64,000 bases of DNA, taken from the NCBI GenBank assembly GCA_016748015.1, contig JAAOMT010000227.1, positions 286,688 through 350,687 on the forward strand. Reading direction: 5' to 3'. Shown in pieces: positions 27,115 through 37,226 of the stretch. How positions within the stretch are numbered: the first letter of the stretch is position 1; every line of letters begins with the position of its first letter. The DNA comes from Geosiphon pyriformis uo1 (taxonomy: Eukaryota > Fungi > Glomeromycota). Made by a program: the position numbers and the translations under genes. The notes under the pieces are model-generated. The model was not told the DNA's origin. It worked only from the letters and a program-made list of their open reading frames with translations, and made no database searches.

Positions 27115-27952
27115 TGTTACTTATAGAAATATAGGGAATATATATTAGCATAGTTATTAGCCAATCAGAAGTAGATGTAGTAAAATGTGAAATTCCAGGA
27201 TTCCTCTCAGGAATTGCAAGATTCCAGGAATTACAGAATTCTCACAAGGAATCACAAGATTCCAGAATTCCAGGATTTTTCTCAAAGGAATTGCAGGATT
27301 TCTGTTGTGAAGAATTAAGGAATTGAGGAATCTCAATTATGTATATATAGCAGTAAAATTAAAAGCTGAAAAAACAGACCTCTCAGTTTAGATTTAATCA
27401 AAGCAACTCTCCAAAATCACAATTATCTAATAAATAACTATTTATTATCTCAAAACTCACGTCTACTATCAACTATTTATGTTGATAGTAATTGATACTT
27501 AACCATACTGGAACAATAGCTCTTAATCATGGCTATTGATGGGATACTAAAGTTGCAAATTGCTTTGGCTTATTTCTTTATATTTCTTTATTTTCTTTAT
27601 TTTCTTTGATTTTGTTATTGTGCACTAACCAATTGATTAAAAGCGCTGATTACTGACGTCAAGGATTGCCTGGTAAAAGACCCTTGTGAGTGGGTAGGAC
27701 ACATACAGAAGATACAGATTACTTATCAGAGGATTGCTGGCCACCAAGCCGAGAAAAAAATTGACAAACTTGTGAGTCTGAGAAGCTATAGATAAAACAA
27801 CTATTGAATCTCTGTCCATTATACAAAGAACTCATTTGGAAAACCTTTAGATACCAACTACTTAAAGATATTATCAACAACGTAAGTAGCTTTTGAGCAC
27901 CAAGTTATGGGTTTGTTATTTGACCTGAGACCCCAAATAATTAACTGTAACA
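27115..27952 (+). repeat. 5' LTR of element C
   Basis: TG...CA termini; CCAAT at 27161; GGAATT/GGATTC repeat array; TATA-like box at 27342; AATAAA at 27429. Confidence 0.95.
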
Positions 27953-28014
27953 TTTGGTGCTTTCTGTGAGGTATAATCTTACAGAGAACCAGCACTAACA
28001 AACACCATCCAAAA

Positions 28015-31000
28015 GTGGCAGAATCAAAAAATATAGGAGCAAACCATTTAGAATTTGCGAAATCCTTATTTTAACATTATTGTCAACACTTGGAATTAAA
28101 CCACAATCATATATCTGCCGAATCAGCCTTTAATTTCTTTGTCAATAAAAAGATTTCCTCTTTGTTAGGAACACCAGTGAATATTGAACCAGCAAGGGAA
28201 ACTTTCTATAAAGAATTAATTCAAAACACCAACCTACCAACAAATCATAATTTCGCATCCATTATTACTGAGATCAACAAAGAAATTGAACATCACATCC
28301 AACAAAGATATCCAATTACATACACTAGTAAAGGCAAAAGAAAACTACAAATACCAGCAGTAACTTCCAGAAAGATACAACTACGTACTTGGAAGAAGAC
28401 AAGAGTTGAATCACCAACCAATCTATCTTATTATTATACACCCAGAAGTGTCATCAACATTTTATCAACAGACATGTCCACATCAAACATGACATCAGCA
28501 TTTGGATGATTCCCATTCCAAAGTAAACAAAGGAAAACAGAATTATTAGGACCATATGGCAAATACTTTGAAAGATTTAAATCGTGATCATCAACACCAT
28601 CAGGAATTTGATCACCACTGTCTCAACTAGACTTTGGAACTGTTACCCCATGGGAACTATCTGAAGAAAAAGAGGAAGAAGAATTGGAAAATCAAAAATT
28701 TACTTACTAGAATCTGATTACTGAAAACTCGGAAGTTGAAACACTGAATCTTCAAACCCAGCAAAATTTAAATTTAAAAAACCTGGAAATTGAAACTCCA
28801 AATATTCAACCACCACCAAATCAGAACAATCAGAACCCCAATCTAATTAATCAACCAGACTTACCTTCCATTATCATCATTAACCCACCACCAGTTGAAC
28901 TAATTGGCCAGCCACCACAACAATTACATTAGCAGATTCAACAGCCACTAGTACTACTTCCACAACCACCACAACCCAACTTAGATCCAATGGCATATGC
29001 ACCAATAGTTAAACTCGAGAAATTCACTGGCGAAGAGGACAATGCTCAAGCCTAGATCAATGACGTCGCCAAAGCAATCACCACTAATAACTGGGATAAC
29101 ACCAGAACCATGCAAGTCATCTCCTATTTTCTCAAAGACACAGCAGACTCTTGGTATTACAGTCTAGCCCAGAAACCTTAAAACTTTAATGCCTTCAAAT
29201 TAGAATTTTTGAGGTATTTTAGTGATAACAACAGCATCAACCACTTGGCAAGTACTTTCACCACCATTAAACAAAGAGACACAGAAACAGTCACCACTTA
29301 CTTGGGATGCTTCCATAGAAATTTGCGCCAAATTCAGGCAATTCAAGCTAATTACTTTACAATACCACAGATCTTGAACCAATTCATCTGAGGATTGTGC
29401 AGTAGCATCCTTCAGCAAGTACGTCCAATGCATTCAGTTAATCTCCCAACTGCTATGACTCATGTCAGAGATTTTGAAGCAGCCGAGTTAGAAGCTAACC
29501 ATGCCCAAGCTGTGAATTTAGTAATAAATGGATCATCTGACCTGGATTCCAAGCTAAAACAATTCAATGACAACATCAATCAGAAATTAGAGAGCTATTT
29601 AGCTAACAATCATGCAATTTATCAGCCACCAAATGATTTAGGAAATGCAAATTATTTCCAGAATTAATCATGTCCAAGATCATCCATTAATCAGTCATGA
29701 CAGTCAGAAATGTGTGTCTGCTACAACTGTGGTAAACAAGAGCATATTAAGACAAACTGCCATACTTATAGCAATCCACAATCGGAAAATCATTATCGAA
29801 ATCCTGATCACCAGTTTCAGACTCTGAATTACCAATCCAATCAAGAGCAATATCAAAACACTTATCTGTCTATGATGCAGCAATCAATTTATCAGCCAAC
29901 AATATATTAATCACCAATTTATTAGCCGCAGCCACCAACAATTTATCAACCACAGCCACAAGTCATTTATCAGCCGCAGCCTCAAGTAATTTATCAACCC
30001 CAACAAGTTCAAATGCTGCACCAAAACTCAGCTATGATGACATCAGAAAACCCGAGATCTAGAGTCACCCAAAACTGGAGATCAGTGATGGTTGTTCATC
30101 AACCAATCCCCAGTTCATCAGGCTAACAAACAAGATTTCATCAGTGGGATTTGGGTATTAGTTCCACCTAAAACCCAAATTCTCAGAACTATTTAAGTCT
30201 CCTAATTACCCTAGAAGACGTCATCTCCAACAATCCAGAACTTGATCAACAACCAACAATACTTACCAACAACATCTCACCAGCAATTGTTATCAATGAT
30301 GAGTTTTTAGCAGCCATCTTTCCATTTAAACTTGAGGAAGTTATGTCAGTCTCTTTATTCAGTAAAGCAGCTCTGGAAGAAAAACCCATCACTGCCATGT
30401 ATACTGATGCAAAAGTCAATGGCCACTCTATCAAGTTAATTCTTGACAGTGGTTTAGCAGGCAGCATCATCACATAACAACTCATAGATTAATTAAGTCG
30501 CTGAGTTGATTGAGCTGTCAGTGCTAGAATTATCACTGCTGATGGTATCACAAAAATGCCTATTGGTGAAATCGATGACTTCCCAATTGAAGTTAATGGT
30601 ATTATTACTTCCATCAAAGTCTTGGTAATGAAAGCAACCCAATACCAAGCATTAATGGGCAATGATTGGTTGTCTAAAAACAATGCCGTCCTCGACTGGA
30701 CCACACAGGAGCTCCAGCTCAGCCAAAATGGGCAACACATGCAAGTACTGACAATATGTGGCCATTTCAAACCTAACAATGTTATGACATCAGTGCCGCT
30801 TATTGACCTTGAGGAGAAAAAACTAAAGCCTACTTGGGAGGCATACCAAGTATCATGGGCCAACGTTAACCACAACAAACTGTCACCAATACTATTGTGG
30901 GACGACAACCCCAAGGGAAAGCAAAGAAAGGAACTTACCTGGGAAATGGACAACCTGACCTAGACCGACAATGGTGAAAGGGAACTGACACCAAGCTGGG

Positions 31001-34000
31001 AATGAGAAAAAAGCAACAAAGGGAAAGGAAAAGTGAAAAAAAAAGAGCCACTGCCAACAAACCCATATACCTCCTATTAACACACAACACCACAACAATT
31101 CATCTATTGCCAATCCAAACTAGTGTGCATCAATTGTGGCAAGAAATTGTCGTCAATGGGTGCATGCTGTAGTGATGATGATGAATATCAGACAGCAACC
31201 AAGTTCTATTGCCACACATGCCTTGTCAAATGTTTTGGAAGACCAAAACAAGTGGAAAAATAGGATAATACATCATGTTTAGCCTGTGGAGAAACTCTCC
31301 TCAACGAAGGAATGTGGAATGACATTCTTGGGAGAGGAAGAATGTGCAACGTTTCCTGCCAATACACAATCTTTATCAGTGACTGGGTCAAGAAAGGGAC
31401 ACCAATAGAAGCCACCTGGAGAAGAGCTGTACAGCGATTGGACAGTTGTTCACATGACACCAATGAATTATAGTAAATGACAATCGCCAAAATTGAAGGT
31501 GTGTTGTCAGAAGAAATCAAGACAATTAAAAACAACCCACCAAAACCCATCGAGCTTGACTGGGATGCAGAGCCAGTCATAAATTTTCTGAAACCAGAAG
31601 AGTTCCATGAACACTACCAAAACTTGGCACCCACTCGAGAGGAGCAAAAACAATGGCTAGCACAGTTGAATACAAGACTGTGTCACCATTGTTTAATTCC
31701 CAGTGACCTTGAATATTGTAATAATTGTAACCTCATTTACAATCCACTACCATGCATGATCTACATAATCCCTGAAGAGGAAGAACCAACCAGCAGCTGT
31801 ACATCGGAGTTGGAATCACCATTCAATCCCAATTCAAACTCCAACAACAACAACAATGAGAATAATGGTTTCAGCTCTATTCAAAATGGCAATGACAATA
31901 ACAACAATATCAACTCAAATTCAAATTTTGACTCAAACTATGAACAATATATCGTGCTTTCTGACCTCACCAAAGAACAAGAACTGAAATAGTTCAGCGA
32001 TAATAATGAAGATATTATGCCAGAATGCGTGCATGATATTAATGCCGAATTTGACTTGAGGTATCTAGAAAAAGATGCCATCAAATTAGAACCACATTTG
32101 CACACCTGCATTGATTTAAAAATAGCACTGGAAATCCCAGCAACAACAATAGTTCAACTAGCATTCTGGAATAGTTTAGCAAAAAAAAAGATTAATATAA
32201 AAGGAGGAATAATTGACACAGGATATGTAAGAAATATCATTGCTATGCTACAAAATGACTCAAAAAAGACCTATATAATAGAGCCAAACAAAAAGATAGC
32301 ACAGACAATATTCTTACCTTTGGTTAAAATAGCTCAGTTAGTACCAGTAGGAAATAGAGAAGAGTTAGAAATAACAGCAAAAGAGATACAGGGATTTGGG
32401 TCAATGGGTAGAATAGATGTACTAGTTAATATGGTGGAGGAAAAAATTGTTGGCCAAGGAGAAATTATCTCAACTGGTTAAGCTATTTCTATTCCACCAT
32501 ATAGCCAGTACATGCTAGCAATAGAAAAGAAGGAAAAGAAGCAAGAACAGATTTTTGAAGCTGAAGCAAACCTTTGTGAATCAGGAGAGATTGGACTAAT
32601 CAATCTCCACATACCAGTCAAAAGTTATAGCCACATAAAAATTCTCATCTACTTCAACACTGGCAATATCATCAACATACCAGAAAGAACCACCATTGGA
32701 TATTTAACCACAGAAATAGAAGACCAACCACCAAACCTCATTCCAGACTTTCCACAATTTTGTAAATATGTCAACATCACATCACAAACAATCTATGGAC
32801 GAGACGAATGTTATTTGCTCCAACCAGAACAATTAGAACAAATAAACATGAGAAATCTAGACCCACTACAATGTATGCAGCTCAAGATGTTACTCAACAA
32901 TTTCAATAACATCTTTGCCAGTGAAAACGAATTTGGCAAAACTGATATCATCCAACATCAAATCAAGACTGGAGATGCAATGCCAATTAAACAGTGAGCA
33001 TACAAGGTACCACCAGCCAGCCATGAAATCATTCATTAAGAAATCAATTGAATGCTTGACAATGGGCTAATCCAGCCATCTATGAGCTCATAGTCATTAT
33101 CAGTGGTACTCGTCCATAAGAAGAATGGAAAAATCCGATTTTGTGTGGACTACAGGAAACTCAATAGTGTAACTTGTGGAGACAGCTATCCAACTCTAAG
33201 AATACAAAAATTATTTGATGCTTTCGGCAAAAACAAATGGTTCTTAACATTAGACTTGAACAGTGGTTACTGGCAAGTAACTGTGAATTCAGCCAACAAA
33301 GAGAAGATGGCATTCACCATTATAAAGAGAAACTTTGAGTTTGAAGTTATGTCATTTGGCATAACCAACACTCCAGCCACTTTCCAACAGCTAATAGAAA
33401 TCATTTATACTGGTTTATTGTGAAAATCAGTAGTTGTATACTTAGATGACACCAATGTATTCTCAAAAACATTTGATAATCATCTTCATCATCTTTAACA
33501 AGTGTTTGAAAGACTAAGAAAAACAGGACTAAAGTTAAATATAACAAAGTGCTTCTTCAGCAAAACAGAACTAAAATTCTTGGAACACATAGTCAGCAAA
33601 GACGGCATCAAAATAGATTCAGAGAAAATAAAGATAGTAAAAAACTTTTCAGTACCAACCAATGTGACTGAATTGAAATCATTCTTGGGATTTGCAAGCT
33701 ATTATCGATACTTTATAAAGAACTTTTCAAAGATAGCTCAACTGTTCAATAATCTGCAAACCAAGAATACCAAATATGAATGAACAAAAAGTCAACAAAA
33801 AGCTTTTGATATTCTGAAAAGAAAGCTCATTCAAGCTCCAGTACTAATCTACTCAGATCACAACAAATCATTCATTATTATTACTAATACATCAGGCCAA
33901 GCATTGGGAGTAGTACTATCTCAGAAGGGACCAGATGGCAGAAAACATCCAATAGCATATGCCAGCCAAGGTCTAACACCAGCTGAAAAAAACTATGAAA

Positions 34001-34242
34001 CACCAGAACTAGAACATTTAGCAATCTATTGGGCAGTCATGAAGTGGAACGAATACTTGAGCCAAAAGTTTGATATATACACAGATCATAAAGAGTTAAC
34101 ATTACTTCAAAAGCAAGAATTTGATGATGGCCACCAATCCAGATGGAAAATGGCACTCTCACAATATACTTATACTATACACTATAAGAAAGGAAAAGAC
34201 AACAGAAATGCCGATGGTTTGTCGCAAATAAAACAAATCTAA
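28015..34242 (+). pseudogene. Element C ORF1: single-frame Gag-PR-Cys-rich-dUTPase-RT-RNase H polyprotein, broken by point stops
   Basis: ORF-track fragments at 28090, 29209, 29395, 29710, 30556, 31477, 32017, 32512, 33103, 33502 and 33904 are all in the frame of GTG 28015. Motifs: CYNCGKQEHIKTNC, LILDSG, YLDD (~33439), HPIAYAS..ELEHLA..YTDH..NADGLS. Confidence 0.92.
32017..32412 (+). pseudogene. dUTPase domain within element C pol
   Basis: Remnants of the trimeric dUTPase motifs: AEFDL, NSLA, GGIIDTGYVRNI, KIAQTIF, AKEIQGFGS. Confidence 0.9.
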
Positions 34243-34303
34243 GAACATTTCAACCCAAAAATATAACAAAAACAGAACAATACTTATGAAAATATAACAA
34301 AAA

Positions 34304-35680
34304 ATGAACACACAAAAATATCAACAACTTCAACACTATATAGATACTCAACAGTTTAAGAAGAAATTATCTCAAATGGAACAAAAAAGTATCAAACAAC
34401 AATCAAAATATTTTATCACTCACTAAAATATATTTTATTAGAAAAATAGAGAAGATTCAGATCAACTAACCAGAGTAATTACAGAACCAGAAAAAGAGAC
34501 AATACTGTTCAACATGCACTCAAATCTAACTGCAGGACATTTTCATAAAAAAGCAACCATAGAAAAAACCAGAAAAAAATACTATTGGCCATCAATGTAT
34601 TCAGACATCATTCAATATGTGCAAAATTGTGATGCTTGTCAAAGAAGAGAAGAAACAAGACCCAGCAAACCATTGAAACCAATCAAAATGGGACAATCAT
34701 TTGACCATATTGGAATTAATTTAGTTGGACCATTGACAATCACCAACAGAAGCAACAGATACATTGCAGTAGCCATAGACTATCTTACTAAATGGCCAGA
34801 AGCAAAAGCAATTCAAAGAGCAGATGCAGAATCTGTTGCCAAATTTGTTTATCAAGAGTTAATCTGCTAACATGGATGTCCAAAAAAATTATTGTCAGAT
34901 TAAGGAACTCACTTTGTAAACAGAACACTAGTAGAACTAAGTCAAAAATTTGGAGTTAAGAGACCATTGTCATCACCATACCATCCACAAACCAATGGAC
35001 TAGTTGAAAGATTCAATAGAACACTGTGTGAAGCAGTTGCCAAGATCAGTCAAGAAAACCAAGATAAATGGGATTTGTTTATACCATCAATACTATTTGC
35101 TTATTAGACAATGAAACAAGACATTACACAAGCAACACCATTTGAATTAGTATATGGTAGAACAGCAACATTACCAGTCGAGATAGAAGTCAACACTTAT
35201 CCAACAGAACCAATAACTGTAGACAATTTTTAGGAAACATTACTAAAAAAAACATATGATTTGATGGAAACTTTAGAAAACAAGCGACAAAGAGCAGCTG
35301 ATAACATTAAAAAAGCACAAGAAAAACAAAAAGAGAGGCACAATAACCAACTACCAAACAAACCAGTTGAATTCAAGATTGGAGACAAAGTACTTTTAAA
35401 TCGTACTAAAGCAGAAAAACAATGGAATGGGAAATTTGACCCCAAATGGAACAGATTATTTCACATAGAAGAAATTCTAGGAAATAGAGCTTACAAATTA
35501 AGACTGAACAACAGAATCTTAGCCAAAGCAGCACATAGTGATTGATTGAAACCATATCACCAGATAGCATCAACATCTACCAATAACATTCCACAACTAG
35601 AAATACAAAGAATACTAGTCCAACCAGATAAGATTCCACAAGACCTGGAACCAATCATAATCATTAGACCAAACATGTAA
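34304..35680 (+). pseudogene. Element C integrase, separate ORF (458 codons)
   Basis: Starts MNTQKYQQLQHYI; HHCC zinc domain (MHSNLTAGHF..CDACQ); rve core (GINLVGP..DYLTKW..SD*GTHF..YHPQTNGLVERFN); decayed GPY/F-type C-terminus; no chromodomain evident. Confidence 0.92.
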
Positions 35681-35739
35681 AATTGAACAACAAAAGAGTA
35701 TATAAAGACATGGTTGATGTGACAAAAGATACCAAAAAA

Positions 35740-36369
35740 ATGGAAATCACTGACAGCATCCATTCACTAGCACAACAACTTTTTCAATTGATCCAACACC
35801 AAGAAATGGAGATTACAATCAATCAACAAACCATTCAATATCAAGATACTAAAAAAACATTACAACACAGAAAACAAAAAAAACCAGAAGATACTGTCAA
35901 CAAAATCATTACAAAAGTAAAACTAGCAATAAAAGAATTAACAAAAGAGTTAATATACCAAAAGTTAACTAAAGAAACTTGGAATTGGTGAATACAACAA
36001 TTTCTAAGAAACTATTGTTATTTCTACTTAGAACAATACGTGAATATCCAGAACTTATATACAGATAAAACAAAGCAGTTATTTGACACAACAATACTGC
36101 AACAACTAGAACATTTTGTGGGGAAAAACAACTTATTCATGCAAGCTCAAGCTATATACCAAATACACACAGCATTTCAAGATCAACCAGAAATCTTACT
36201 CAACAAAACAATGGATACAGTTACCAGTAATCAATTGGAAAAAATTACCAATGCTCAATTTAAAGAATTACAAACTCAAATAACACAAGTAATTCTCAAA
36301 AACAAAATTCAGGAAATATTTCAAAAGGGGGAATTAAAAGAGTTGGATTTCGATGGAGCTCAATATTAA
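35740..36369 (+). pseudogene. Element C ORF3, unknown ~209-aa protein (one internal TGG>TGA)
   Basis: MEITDSIHSLAQQLFQLIQ...W*IQQFLRNYCYFYL...PEILL...LDFDGAQY*; the stop codon runs into the PPT. Confidence 0.8.
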
Positions 36370-36382
36370 AAGAAGGGAATAA

Positions 36383-37226
36383 TGTTATTCATAGAAATAT
36401 AGGGAATATATATTAGCATAGTTATTAGCCAATCAAAAGTAGACGTAATAAAATGTGGAATTCTAGGATTCCTCTCAGGAATTGCAGGATTCCAGGAATT
36501 ACAGGATTCTCACAAGGAATCACAGAATTCCAGAATTCCAGAATTCCAGAATTCTTCTTAAAAGAATTGCAGGATTCTTGTTGTGAAGAATTGAGAAATT
36601 GAGGAATCTCAATTATGTATATATAGCAGTAAGATTAGAAGCTGAAAAGACAGACTTCTTAGTTTAGATTTAATTGAAGCAACACTCCAAAATCACAATT
36701 ATCTAATAAATAACTATTGTTATCTCAAAACCCATGTCTACTATAAACTATTCATGTTGATAGTAATTGATACTTAATCATACTGGAACAATAGCTCTTG
36801 ATTATGGCTATTGAGGAATACTAAAGTTGCAAATTGCCTTGGCTTATTTTTTTATATTTCTTTATTTTCTTTATTTTCTTTGATTTTGTTATTGTGCACT
36901 AACCAATTGATTAAAAGCACTAATTACTGATATCAAGGATTGCCTGGTAAAAGACTCCTGCAAGTGGGTAAGACACATACAGAAAATATGGATTACTTAC
37001 CAGAAGATTGCCGGCTATTAAGCCGAGAAAAAAATTAACAGACTTGTGAGTCTAGAAAGCTACGGATAAAACGACTATTAAATCTCTGTTCATTATACAA
37101 AGGACTCATTTGGAAAATCTTTAGATACCAACCACTTAAAGATATTATCAACAACATGAATAGTTTTTGAGCACCAAGTTATGGGTTTGTTATTTGACCT
37201 GAGACCCCAAATAATCAACTGTAATA
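36383..37226 (+). repeat. 3' LTR of element C
   Basis: Collinear with 27115-27952; follows PPT AAAAGAAGGGAATAA. Confidence 0.95.

Larger units (their letters stand above)
27115..37226 (+). mobile_element. Ty3/Gypsy element C (uninterrupted, 10.1 kb), inserted in B's protease
   Basis: LTRs at 27115-27952 and 36383-37226; TSD ATGG/ATAG; B's NGIM|VSIKILVMEATQYQAL is rejoined across it; PBS at 27955; PPT ~36367-36382. Confidence 0.95.

Noticed and set aside
27529-27640. Conserved hydrophobic peptide or intron in the LTR leader
   Set aside because: Hydrophobicity follows trivially from the T-rich tract, and ORF length and frame vary among LTRs. CTAAY branch-like sites are present but no conserved GT donor was found.
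30246-31580. Antisense ORFs over gag-pol and the LINE (e.g. 30489-30953, 31206-31580, 45543-45989, 58991-59344)
   Set aside because: They are shadows of the sense-strand coding sequence and their boundaries are not conserved between copies.
35740-36369. ORF3 as an env gene or chromodomain
   Set aside because: No signal peptide, transmembrane helix or chromodomain aromatic pattern is visible.
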